Source: an uncultured Flavobacterium sp.
GTDB taxonomy: Bacteria; Bacteroidota; Bacteroidia; Flavobacteriales; Flavobacteriaceae
Direction of reading: 5' to 3'
Assembly: GCA_964593435.1 (NCBI GenBank)
Contig: CAZQGY010000005.1
Span: 92 to 64,091, forward strand
Length of the DNA stretch: 64,000 nucleotides
A model generated the notes under the pieces. It made no database searches. It saw nothing but the letters and a program-made list of their open reading frames with translations, and was not told the DNA's origin. The stretch's first letter is position 1, and each line of letters begins with the position of its first letter. This document shows, one piece after another, positions 52,545 to 62,231 of the stretch. The position numbers were made by a program, and so were the translations under genes.

Positions 52545-54341
52545 TTGATGAAAAAATCACTTGTGTTTTTTGTATTTATTTTACAATTTTCATTTTCTCA
52601 AAATATTGGTTTATACAGCCAATTTAATGGGAGATATGACTTTACATTTGTAGGAAACACACTAAATCCTGTTGAGAATTCATTTCAAAATACTCCAGCA
52701 GTATTAACAACATCTTCCGCTACATTAGCATTAAACACCAATGATAGTATTGAAAGTGCCTATTTATATTGGGCAGGTTGTGGAACTGGCGATTTTAATG
52801 TTAAATTAAACGGAGCAGATGTACTTGCTACCAGAACCTTTTCAAATACGTTAACACAAGGCCAAACGTTTAATTTTTTTAGTGCCTTTGCCAATGTAAC
52901 CTCACAAGTACAAGCCATCGGAAATGGTACCTACACGCTTTCAGACTTAGATGTAAGTTCTTTCTTACCGCTTCATGCACAAAACAGTACCAATTTTGCA
53001 GGATGGGCTTTAATTGTAGTCTATAAAAATCCTTCTTTACCATTAAATCAGTTGAACGTATACGATGGTATGCAAGTGGTTTCTATATTTCAAAATTTTT
53101 TAGACGTGCCTTTAAATGCCTTAAATGTTATAGATAATGTAGATGCAAAAATTGGCTTTTTAGCTTGGGAAGGTGACTCCGGAATTCAAGTAAACGAAAC
53201 CTTGCGAATTAATGGAAATATTATTAGCAATCCGCCTTTAAACCCTGCAAATAATGCTTTTAATGGTACTAACTCTAGTACCAATTCCAATCAATTATAC
53301 AATATGGATTTGGATATTTATAACATACAAAACAATATAAATATTGGTGATACTTCTGCATTAATTCAACTAACTTCAGGACAAGATTATGTTATGATAA
53401 ACGCAATTGTAACCAAATTAAACAGTCAGTTACCCGATGCACGAATTACTTTTACCGAACCTGCTTTAAGTTGTAACGTAAGACAACTTCAAATTAATTA
53501 TACTGTAACAAATAATAATTCTACAGCCAATTTACCAGCTAATACTCCTATTACTTTTTACGCTGATAATGTGGTTGTTGGTTCAGCGTTTACGCAAAAT
53601 ACCATTCCAATCGATGAATCTGAAACCGGAACTATTATGGTAACAATTCCTGTAAACATTCCTTTACTATTTAATTTTATTGCAAAAGTAGACGATACGG
53701 GTAATGGGACCGGAATTGTAAATGAAATATCGGAAACTAATAATACATTTAATTTACCATTACAACTTAAAGTTTCTCCAAATTTTAATCCACTTGATAA
53801 TCTTGTAAGTTGTAATTTAGGATTAACAAAAGGTGTTTTCGATTTTTCTGAGTATGAAGGTTCCGTAAAAACAAATCCTGGACATTTGAGTACGTTTTAT
53901 TCTTCTGAAGCAGACGCTTTAAATTTCACGAATCAAATACTATTTTTAAATAATTTTGAAGCATTACAAACTCCAAAAACTATTTGGGTTAGAATTGACG
54001 ATGAACAAATTGGTTGTTACAGCTTAACTTCGTTTGAATTACTTACAAAAAATTGCGAACCTATAGTATATAATGCTGTTTCACCTGATAATGATGGTCT
54101 AAATGATTACTTTTTTATTGAAGGATTACGAGATATTTTTATAAATTTTAAGTTAGAAATTTATAACCGCTGGGGAAGATTATTATGGACAGGAAATAAC
54201 AATAAACCTGATTGGAATGGGTATTCAGAAAATACAATGGGAAATAATGAAGCGCCAAGTGGAACGTATTACTACATTTTGTATCTTAATCATCCAGATT
54301 ATCCAAAACCAATAAATGGTTATTTATATTTAAGAAGATAG
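52545..54341 (+). CDS. Surface protein with T9SS type B (gliding-motility-associated) C-terminal domain
   Basis: Signal peptide, CARDB-like region and C-terminal NAVSPDNDGLND...IYNRWG...W.G...GTYYYIL...GYLYLRR. Confidence 0.85.
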   Translation: MMKKSLVFFVFILQFSFSQNIGLYSQFNGRYDFTFVGNTLNPVENSFQNTPAVLTTSSATLALNTNDSIESAYLYWAGCGTGDFNVKLNGADVLATRTFSNTLTQGQTFNFFSAFANVTSQVQAIGNGTYTLSDLDVSSFLPLHAQNSTNFAGWALIVVYKNPSLPLNQLNVYDGMQVVSIFQNFLDVPLNALNVIDNVDAKIGFLAWEGDSGIQVNETLRINGNIISNPPLNPANNAFNGTNSSTNSNQLYNMDLDIYNIQNNINIGDTSALIQLTSGQDYVMINAIVTKLNSQLPDARITFTEPALSCNVRQLQINYTVTNNNSTANLPANTPITFYADNVVVGSAFTQNTIPIDESETGTIMVTIPVNIPLLFNFIAKVDDTGNGTGIVNEISETNNTFNLPLQLKVSPNFNPLDNLVSCNLGLTKGVFDFSEYEGSVKTNPGHLSTFYSSEADALNFTNQILFLNNFEALQTPKTIWVRIDDEQIGCYSLTSFELLTKNCEPIVYNAVSPDNDGLNDYFFIEGLRDIFINFKLEIYNRWGRLLWTGNNNKPDWNGYSENTMGNNEAPSGTYYYILYLNHPDYPKPINGYLYLRR

Positions 54342-54435
54342 CATATGAATACAAAACTTAAAATTATAACTATAATTTTAAAAAGTAACTTCTCTCAAAT
54401 AAATTTTATACTTTTAGCCAACAAAAAACAAAACT

Positions 54436-57400
54436 ATGCGAATATTTAATGTCCTGCTAGCAATATTAGCTATCAATTTAGGTTTTAGCCAAAATTATTT
54501 TCCAAAAAATGATGGGGTCAAACAAACCTATAAAAATCCAGTTGCCATTACTAATGCAACAATTTACTCCTCTTCAACAGTTAAAATTGAAAATGCAACG
54601 CTTTTATTTGATGGCGATAAAATTTTAGAAATCGGAACACAAATTTCAATTCCTAAAAACGCAACAATAATTGATGCTACAGGAAAAACCATTTATCCTT
54701 CATTTATTGATTTATATACTGAATTTGGAATTCAAAAGCCACAAAGAAAATCGGGAAATTCAAGATCGCCACAATACGATTCTGAAAGAAATGGGTACTA
54801 TTGGAATGACCACATTAGAGCCGATTTTAATGCGTATGAAAACTTAAATTATGATGAAAAAGCCGCAAAAGATTTAAGAGAAACTGGATTTGGAACGGTT
54901 TTAAGTTTTAATAACGATGGAATTGTAGCCGGAACAGGATTACTTTGGACATTAAATGACATCGAAAATAATGGCGTTAGAATTTTAAATAATAAAATAT
55001 CACAACACTTAACTTTTAAAAGAAGTTCGCTTTCTGGTCAATCCTACCCCTCTTCTTTAATGGGAAGTATGGCATTAATTCGTCAATTATATCATGATGT
55101 AAAATGGTATGCTGCTGGAGGTTCAAAAACGAAAGATATTTCATTAGATATATTTAATCAAAATAAAAATTTGGTGCAAATATTTAATGCAGGCGATAAA
55201 CTAAATATTTTAAGAGCAGATAAAATTGGTGACGAATTTGGAATAAATTATGTTATTAAAGGAAGTGGGAACGAATTAGAACGTATTGATGAAATTAAAA
55301 AAACAAATGCAACACTAATTGTTCCAATAAATTTCCCTGATGCCTATGACGTTTCAGACTCGTTTCTTGCAGAACAAGTAGTATTGTCTGATATGAAATT
55401 TTGGAATCAAGCGCCATATAATTTAAAAGTTTTAGCAGAAAACAATGTGAATTTTGCTTTAACTACAGCTGATTTAAAAAATCCAAAAGACTTTTTAACC
55501 AATTTAAGAAAAGCAGTAGAATATGGATTTCCAAAAGAAAAAGCCTTAGCGTCTTTAACTGAAATACCTGCTAAAATTGCCAATCAAAACAATATTGGAT
55601 CTTTAAAGAAAGGAAATTTAGCTAATTTTATAATTGTAAGTGGTGATATTTTCGAATCAAAAAGTAGCATTCAAGAAAATTGGGTTCAAGGAAATAGAAA
55701 CATTATTGAAAAAATACAACCTTCTGACATTAGAGGAAAATATGAATTGAATATCGATTCAAATAAATACGACTTATCAATTGAAGGTGAAATTGGTAAA
55801 ATCGAAGCAAAAATTTCGCAAAACAAAACAGAATTTGGAACTAAAGCAACATATAATGATCCTTGGATTACCTTAATTATTAAAAGTAGAGATACTATTG
55901 ATTCGAAATTTATTAGAATATCTGGATTAAAATCCGACACCGAATTATCTGGAAAAGCCATTTTAGAAAACGGTAATGAAGTAAGTTGGTCTGCAGTTAA
56001 AAAAACAGAAACAACTGAAGTAAAAAAAGATAATTCAACTGACAAAAAAGAAGATAAGAAAACGCCGATTTTTTATCCAATTACTTTCCCAAATATCGCT
56101 TTTGGAAATAGCACAAAACCAAAACAAGAAACTATTTTATTTAAAAACGCCACAGTTTGGACTGGAGAAAAAGAAGGTATATTAAAAGAAACGGATGTTT
56201 TAATTGAAAACGGAAAAATTATTAAAATTGGCAAAAACTTACCTCAAAAAGGAAAAGTAATTGATGCAACTGGTAAACACCTAACCGCTGGAATTATTGA
56301 TGAACATTCGCATATTGCCATTTCAAATGGGGTAAATGAAGGAGGTCAAAATTCATCTGCTGAAGTTACTATTGAAGACGTTGTAAATTCTGAAGATATA
56401 AACATTTACAGAAATTTAGCTGGTGGTGTAACTTCTGCTAATTTACTTCACGGATCTGCTAATCCGATTGGTGGTAGAGCTGCATTTATAAAATTAAAAT
56501 GGGGATACAATCCAGATGAAATGTTAGTTAAAGACGCTCCTAAATACATCAAATTTGCCTTAGGAGAAAATGTAAAGCAATCCAATTGGGGCGATATTGA
56601 AAGACTACGTTTCCCTCAATCCAGAATGGGTGTAGAACAAGTATATGAAGATTATTTTTCAAGAGCACTTGCTTATAAAAAAGAATGGGACGCTTACAAT
56701 GCAAGCAAAGGCAAAACAATGCCAAGATTTGATATTGAATTAGAAACATTAAGTCAAATTTTAAACAAAAAACGTTTCATTACTTGTCATTCCTATGTGC
56801 AATCTGAAATAAATATGTTATTGAAAGTAGCCGAAAAATACAACTTCAAAATTCAAACCTTTACACATATTTTAGAAGGCTATAAAGTGGCCGATAAAAT
56901 GGCTAAACATGGTGTTGGTGGTTCTACTTTCGCAGATTGGTGGGGTTATAAATATGAAGTAAATGATGCTATACCTTATAATGCAGCACTTATGAATAAT
57001 GTAGGTGTAACAGTTTCTATTAATTCTGATGACGCTGAAATGTCAAGAAGATTGAATCAAGAAGCGGCAAAAACATTAAAATATGGTGGTGTAACGGAAG
57101 AAGCGGCTTGGAATTTTGTGACATTAAATCCTGCGAAATTATTGCAAGTTGATGACAAAGTTGGAAGTATTAAAATCGGTAAAGATGCCGATGTGGTGCT
57201 TTGGTCAGACAATCCATTAACCATTTATGCTACAGTTGAAAAAACAGTTGTAGATGGAATTATTTTCTTTGATTTAGACCAAGAAAAAGCAAAAAACGAA
57301 ACGGTTCAAAAAGAAAGAAACGAGTTAATCAATTTAATGTTAGATGCCAAAAATAAAGGCTTAAAAACACAAGAACCTAAGAAAAAATCGAGCGGACATT

Positions 57401-57459
57401 ACCACTGTGATACCCTTGGTGAAAAATGCAGACAATTTCACTCTAAATACAACAACTAA
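54436..57459 (+). CDS. Two-domain secreted amidohydrolase
   Basis: Two amidohydrolase repeats. The C-terminal one has IIDEHSHI, TLNPAK and GSIKIGKDADVV. Confidence 0.85.
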   Translation: MRIFNVLLAILAINLGFSQNYFPKNDGVKQTYKNPVAITNATIYSSSTVKIENATLLFDGDKILEIGTQISIPKNATIIDATGKTIYPSFIDLYTEFGIQKPQRKSGNSRSPQYDSERNGYYWNDHIRADFNAYENLNYDEKAAKDLRETGFGTVLSFNNDGIVAGTGLLWTLNDIENNGVRILNNKISQHLTFKRSSLSGQSYPSSLMGSMALIRQLYHDVKWYAAGGSKTKDISLDIFNQNKNLVQIFNAGDKLNILRADKIGDEFGINYVIKGSGNELERIDEIKKTNATLIVPINFPDAYDVSDSFLAEQVVLSDMKFWNQAPYNLKVLAENNVNFALTTADLKNPKDFLTNLRKAVEYGFPKEKALASLTEIPAKIANQNNIGSLKKGNLANFIIVSGDIFESKSSIQENWVQGNRNIIEKIQPSDIRGKYELNIDSNKYDLSIEGEIGKIEAKISQNKTEFGTKATYNDPWITLIIKSRDTIDSKFIRISGLKSDTELSGKAILENGNEVSWSAVKKTETTEVKKDNSTDKKEDKKTPIFYPITFPNIAFGNSTKPKQETILFKNATVWTGEKEGILKETDVLIENGKIIKIGKNLPQKGKVIDATGKHLTAGIIDEHSHIAISNGVNEGGQNSSAEVTIEDVVNSEDINIYRNLAGGVTSANLLHGSANPIGGRAAFIKLKWGYNPDEMLVKDAPKYIKFALGENVKQSNWGDIERLRFPQSRMGVEQVYEDYFSRALAYKKEWDAYNASKGKTMPRFDIELETLSQILNKKRFITCHSYVQSEINMLLKVAEKYNFKIQTFTHILEGYKVADKMAKHGVGGSTFADWWGYKYEVNDAIPYNAALMNNVGVTVSINSDDAEMSRRLNQEAAKTLKYGGVTEEAAWNFVTLNPAKLLQVDDKVGSIKIGKDADVVLWSDNPLTIYATVEKTVVDGIIFFDLDQEKAKNETVQKERNELINLMLDAKNKGLKTQEPKKKSSGHYHCDTLGEKCRQFHSKYNN

Positions 57460-58772
57460 TGAAAAAACTAACATACATTTTAGCACTAACTACTTTAATT
57501 AGTTTTGCACAACAAACACCAGCGCCTAAGCAAACAAAATCGATTTTAATAATGGGTGGAACGGCGCATTTAGGCAATGGGAAAATTCAAGAAAACAGTT
57601 TAATTTCAATTGTAGATGGAAAAATTGCTTCTGTTTCAGATGCAACGGTAACTAAAATTGCCAAACACGATATTGTGATTCAAGCAAATGGAAAGCATAT
57701 ATATCCTGGGTTCATCGCGCCAAATTCTACTTTAGGATTAGTAGAAATTGATGCCGTTCGTGCTTCAGATGACGAAAGTGAAATTGGCGAATTCAATCCA
57801 CACATTAGAAGTTTAATTGCTTATAATGCAGAATCGAAACTAACCGAATCAGCTCGACCAAATGGTGTACTTTTAGCGCAAATTACACCACGTGGTGGAA
57901 GAATTTCTGGAACTTCTTCTGTGGTTCAATTTGATGCTTGGAATTGGGAAGATGCTGTGATAAAAGAAAATGACGGAATTCATATGCGATGGCCAAATAG
58001 TTATGCACGATTAGGATGGTGGGCTGAACCAGGCGGCATTGAATCGAACAAAAAATATGACGAGCAAACCAAAAGCATTCAACAGTTTTTTGACAATGCG
58101 TTTAATTATTTAAAATCAGATAAAAAAACAAAAGACATTCCTTATGATGCAATGAATGGGTTACAAAGCGGAGATAAAACGTTGTTTGTAAACGCAAATG
58201 GAGAAAAAGAAATTACAGATATTATCTTATTCAAAAAGAAAAACAATATTAAAAAATTAGTAATTATTGGTGGCTATAATGCACATAAAATTGCCGATGT
58301 ATTAAAAGAAAATAATGTTTCTGTTTTATTGAGAAGAGTGCACGACGTACCCAATTCTGAAGATGAAGATGTGAATTTACCGTACAAAATTGCGAACCTA
58401 CTAAATGAAAAAGGAATCGTAGTTGGATTAGAAAATGCGGGCGATATGGAACGTATGCAAACAAGAAACATACCGTTTTATGCCGGTACTTGTGCAGCTT
58501 GGGGAATGAATAAAGAAGAAGCGCTAAAATTAATTACATCAAACACTGCTAAAATTTTAGGAATTGAAGCCAAATACGGAACCTTAGAAGCCGGAAAAAG
58601 CGCTACACTATTTATTTCAGAAGGTGATGCATTAGATATGAAAACCAATAAATTGTCTCACGCTTTTATTGATGGAAGACAAATTAGTTTAGAAAGTCAT
58701 CAAACTGAATTATACGAAAGATATAAAGATAAGTTTGAAAGTGAAGGTTCTAAATCGGAAGTAAAAAACTAA
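57459..58772 (+). CDS. Secreted amidohydrolase-family protein (metal motif degenerate)
   Basis: IYPGFIAPNSTLG, ITSNTAKILG and GTLEAGKSATL motifs. TAATG-coupled to the upstream gene. Confidence 0.82.
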   Translation: MKKLTYILALTTLISFAQQTPAPKQTKSILIMGGTAHLGNGKIQENSLISIVDGKIASVSDATVTKIAKHDIVIQANGKHIYPGFIAPNSTLGLVEIDAVRASDDESEIGEFNPHIRSLIAYNAESKLTESARPNGVLLAQITPRGGRISGTSSVVQFDAWNWEDAVIKENDGIHMRWPNSYARLGWWAEPGGIESNKKYDEQTKSIQQFFDNAFNYLKSDKKTKDIPYDAMNGLQSGDKTLFVNANGEKEITDIILFKKKNNIKKLVIIGGYNAHKIADVLKENNVSVLLRRVHDVPNSEDEDVNLPYKIANLLNEKGIVVGLENAGDMERMQTRNIPFYAGTCAAWGMNKEEALKLITSNTAKILGIEAKYGTLEAGKSATLFISEGDALDMKTNKLSHAFIDGRQISLESHQTELYERYKDKFESEGSKSEVKN

Positions 58773-58791
58773 ATCACAAATTAATAATTTT

Positions 58792-58827
58792 AAAGTCGCA
58801 AAGCCTATCGTTTTGCGACTTTGTTTT
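58792..58827 (+). terminator. Terminator of the amidohydrolase operon; its 3' arm also contains a -33 TTG
   Basis: AAAGTCGCAAA / TTTGCGACTTT arms followed by GTTTTT. Confidence 0.8.
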
Positions 58828-58845
58828 TATTCCTAAAAAGGATAA

Positions 58846-58952
58846 CTTTGTAACTTAGGTACTCAGCAACTTAGTCACTCAAAATTAAACAAATCACGTC
58901 CATTCAAAATCCGTTTGTAAAAAACTTAGTTGTATTGCAAGACAAAGCCAAA
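58846..58952 (+). pseudogene. Dead duplicate of the trmH leader and first ~23 codons
   Basis: 102/107 identical to 59669-59775, with the ATG changed to ATT at 58884-58886. Confidence 0.9.
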
Positions 58953-59004
58953 ACCCATCGTTTTGCGACTTTGTTTTAATAAATAAAAATGCTAAATTTG
59001 TACT

Positions 59005-59304
59005 ATGAGAATCATTGATAACAATATTGAAAATGTAAAGAAACTTTGTACTTTGTATAATGTGGAAACTATGTATCTATTTGGTTCTGCCTTAAATTCA
59101 AATTTTAATAGCGAAAGCGATATCGATTTATTAGTCAAATTCAAGCCAATTGAATTAGCATATTATTTTGACAATTACATTAATTTTAAAGAAAATTTAA
59201 AAATAGTATTAGGTAGAGATATAGATTTAGTTGAAGAACAAAGCTTAAGAAACCCAATACTTATTGAATCAATAGAAAAATCCAAAGAACTAATTTATGG
59301 ATGA
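59005..59304 (+). CDS. Minimal nucleotidyltransferase (MNT/MntA-type antitoxin)
   Basis: LFGSALNSNFNSESDIDLLV (GS-x10-DxD) and VLGRDIDLV. Confidence 0.9.
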   Translation: MRIIDNNIENVKKLCTLYNVETMYLFGSALNSNFNSESDIDLLVKFKPIELAYYFDNYINFKENLKIVLGRDIDLVEEQSLRNPILIESIEKSKELIYG

Positions 59305-59635
59305 AAGAATACTTAAATGGTTATATGATATAAAAATTTCAATTGATGAAATTGATGATTATTTTATAAATGAAGAAAAAGATTTTTTTAGATATCAAAA
59401 TAACATAATGTTAAAGCGAGCAATTGAAAGAAATCTTGAAATTATTGGTGAAGCAATTAACAGAATAATAACTCGTGATGCAATTTATATTGAAAAGATA
59501 AGCAATGCAAAATCTATAATTGGGTTACGAAATCAAGTTATTCACGCTTATGACAACATTTCCGATGAAAATATTTGGTCTATCTTAATTAATCATTTAC
59601 CAAGATTAAAAATAGAAATTGAAAATTTGATTTAA
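59297..59635 (+). CDS. HEPN (DUF86/HepT-like) RNase toxin
   Basis: AIERNLEIIGEA and RNQVIHAY (R-x4-H-x-Y). 8-bp overlap with the MNT gene. Confidence 0.9.
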   Translation: MDERILKWLYDIKISIDEIDDYFINEEKDFFRYQNNIMLKRAIERNLEIIGEAINRIITRDAIYIEKISNAKSIIGLRNQVIHAYDNISDENIWSILINHLPRLKIEIENLI

Positions 59636-59706
59636 CATTCAAAATAACTTCAATAACCTTTTAATTTTCTTTGTAACTTAAATACTCAGCAACTTAGTCA
59701 CTCAAA

Positions 59707-60495
59707 ATGAAACAAATCACGTCCATTCAAAATCCGTTTGTCAAAAACTTAGTTTTATTGCAAGACAAAGCCAAAGCACGAAAACAATCGGGAACGTTTA
59801 TTATTGAAGGACAACGAGAAATTGAATTGGCTTTAAAAGGCGGCTATGAAATAGAAACATTACTTTTTTGTCCAGAATTATCTGGAAAATCTGAAAATCT
59901 GAAAATTCAAATTGCAGAACATCTCAAAATAGAAATTTCTAAAGAAGTCTATCAAAAACTGGCTTATCGCGATACAACAGAAGGAATTATTGCCATTGCT
60001 AAATCGAAATCATTACAATTATCCGATTTAAAATTATCTAAAAACCCTTTAATTTTAGTCGCAGAAGGATTAGAAAAACCAGGAAATTTAGGTGCTTTAT
60101 TACGAACTGCAGATGCGGCAAACATTGATGCTGTGATTATTGCCAATCCAAAATCGGATATGTATAATCCAAACATTGTACGTTCGAGTGTGGGTTGCTT
60201 GTTTACAAGACAAATTGCTGTAGCGACTTCAGAAGAAGCAATTGCCTTTTTAAAAGAACATAACATTAATATTTACTGTGCGACTTTACAAGATTCAACC
60301 ACTTATCACACACAAAATTACAACGAACCTACCGCTTTAGTAGTTGGTACAGAAGCCACCGGAATTACTGAAATTTGGCGAAAAAATTCAACTAAAAATA
60401 TAATTATACCAATGCAGGGCAGCATAGATTCTATGAATGTTTCTGTAGCGGCAGCTATTTTACTTTTCGAAGCCAAAAGACAACGTGGATTTTAA
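59707..60495 (+). CDS. TrmH/SpoU family RNA 2'-O-methyltransferase
   Basis: EKPGNLGALLRTADAA, VGTEATG and IPMQGSIDSMNVSVAA motifs. Confidence 0.92.
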   Translation: MKQITSIQNPFVKNLVLLQDKAKARKQSGTFIIEGQREIELALKGGYEIETLLFCPELSGKSENLKIQIAEHLKIEISKEVYQKLAYRDTTEGIIAIAKSKSLQLSDLKLSKNPLILVAEGLEKPGNLGALLRTADAANIDAVIIANPKSDMYNPNIVRSSVGCLFTRQIAVATSEEAIAFLKEHNINIYCATLQDSTTYHTQNYNEPTALVVGTEATGITEIWRKNSTKNIIIPMQGSIDSMNVSVAAAILLFEAKRQRGF

Positions 60496-60553
60496 TAACA
60501 ATTACAATGTCAAAAATCAAACGCAATAATTCAATATCAACAGTACAAAAAAC

Positions 60554-62083
60554 ATGAAAAAACTATTCTTTATCTCATTACTTACCACATTCACTTCTTT
60601 TTCTCAAATAACCGAAAAGCAAATTGATGAAGTGGCTGAAAACACACTAAAAGTATTTAACGTTCCAGGAATTGCAGTTGCGGTGGTAAAAGACGGAAAA
60701 ATAATTCACAGTAAAGGGTACGGAGTAAAATCCATACTTAAAAAAGATAAAGTAGATGGAAACACGCTTTTCGGTGTAGCTTCAAATAGTAAAGCATTTA
60801 CAACAGCTGCGATTGCGATGTTAGTTGACGAAGGAAAAATGAATTGGGATGACAAAGTCGTAAAATACTTACCTAATTTTAAAATGTATAACGAGTATGT
60901 TACGAATGAATTCACAGTTCGTGACTTAGTAACTCATAGAAGTGGATTGGGATTAGGAGCCGGCGATTTAATGATTTGGCCTGACGGAAGTAATTTTAAA
61001 CCAAAAGATATTGTTGAAAATTTACAATTTTTAAAACCTGTTTCGGCTTTTAGAACCAAATATGATTATGATAATTTATTATATATTGTTGCAGGTGTGG
61101 TAATTGAAAAAGTAAGCGGGTTATCTTGGTGCTATTTTATTGAAAACAAAATTATGAAACCTCTTGAAATGAATAATAGTGCCGGATCTTTTTTACGATT
61201 AAAAGACACTACAAATATCATTGATCCACACGTGCCAACAGATGGAAAATTAAAAGTGATTTCGCGTTACAAGAATCAAAGTTTTGATGCAGCTGCAGGG
61301 ATTTATTCTTCTGTAAACGATATGAGTAAATGGATGATTATGCAATTGCAACAAGGAAAATATGGTACAGAAAAACAATATAAATTATTCTCGGAAGCAC
61401 AACATAACGAAATGTGGCAATTACAAACCATCATTCCAGCAAGAACAAGAGAACCTTATTTTACTCATTTTTCTGGCTATGGATTAGGTTGGTTTTTAAG
61501 CGATGTAAAGGGTTACAAACAAGTGACTCATACTGGTGGATTAGAAGGAATTGTTACGCAAGTTACGCTTATTCCAGAATTAAATTTAGGAATTATTGTG
61601 CTTACAAATCAACAATCGGGAGCGGCGTTTAATGCTATTACAAACACTATAAAAGATGCTTATCTAAAAATTGAGTACAAAGATTATGTGAAAATTTTTA
61701 GTGACCGAGAAAAAAACAATATTGCAGAAGCAGACAAAGTAACCACTGAAGTTTGGGCAAAAATAGCCGAAAACCAAAAGAATAAAGTCAAAGTTGAAGC
61801 GAAAAACTATATTGGAACTTATACCGACAATTGGTTTGGAAACATCACCATTTCTGAGAAAAAAGGGAAAATGTATTTCAATTCAGAACGTTCGCCACAA
61901 TTGGCTGGTGAAATTTTCTTCTACAAAGACAATACTTTTGCCGTAAAATGGTTCAATCGCAGCTTTAATGCCGATGCTTTAATTACATTTTCGGAAAATA
62001 ATACAAATATCAAAATGGCAGCTATTTCAGAATTAACTGATTTTAGCTACGATTTTCAAGATTTAGATTTTAATAAGAAATAA
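60554..62083 (+). CDS. Serine hydrolase (beta-lactamase/AmpC-like) with DUF3471-type C-domain
   Basis: ASNSKAF (SxxK), YDYDN and HTGG motifs, signal peptide. Confidence 0.88.
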   Translation: MKKLFFISLLTTFTSFSQITEKQIDEVAENTLKVFNVPGIAVAVVKDGKIIHSKGYGVKSILKKDKVDGNTLFGVASNSKAFTTAAIAMLVDEGKMNWDDKVVKYLPNFKMYNEYVTNEFTVRDLVTHRSGLGLGAGDLMIWPDGSNFKPKDIVENLQFLKPVSAFRTKYDYDNLLYIVAGVVIEKVSGLSWCYFIENKIMKPLEMNNSAGSFLRLKDTTNIIDPHVPTDGKLKVISRYKNQSFDAAAGIYSSVNDMSKWMIMQLQQGKYGTEKQYKLFSEAQHNEMWQLQTIIPARTREPYFTHFSGYGLGWFLSDVKGYKQVTHTGGLEGIVTQVTLIPELNLGIIVLTNQQSGAAFNAITNTIKDAYLKIEYKDYVKIFSDREKNNIAEADKVTTEVWAKIAENQKNKVKVEAKNYIGTYTDNWFGNITISEKKGKMYFNSERSPQLAGEIFFYKDNTFAVKWFNRSFNADALITFSENNTNIKMAAISELTDFSYDFQDLDFNKK

Positions 62084-62089
62084 TTAAGT

Positions 62090-62138
62090 AACACAGATTT
62101 AAGGAGTTATTATTTTTTTAATCACTTCAATCTGTGTT
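62090..62138. repeat. AACACAGATT...AATCTGTGTT inverted-repeat element
   Basis: Perfect 10-bp terminal arms at 62090-62099 and 62129-62138. Confidence 0.7.
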
Positions 62139-62231
62139 TACTAACTTTTAATCCACCAAACATAATTTTTTAAAAATCTTTTTTGATATCTAAATTTTAA
62201 ACACTATTTTTATGTTCTACAAAAATTGAAT

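Noticed and set aside
58792-59775. TA region as an IS, integron cassette or prophage remnant
   Set aside because: No transposase or integrase, no terminal inverted repeats and no attC-like structure. Only direct duplications of host sequence are present.
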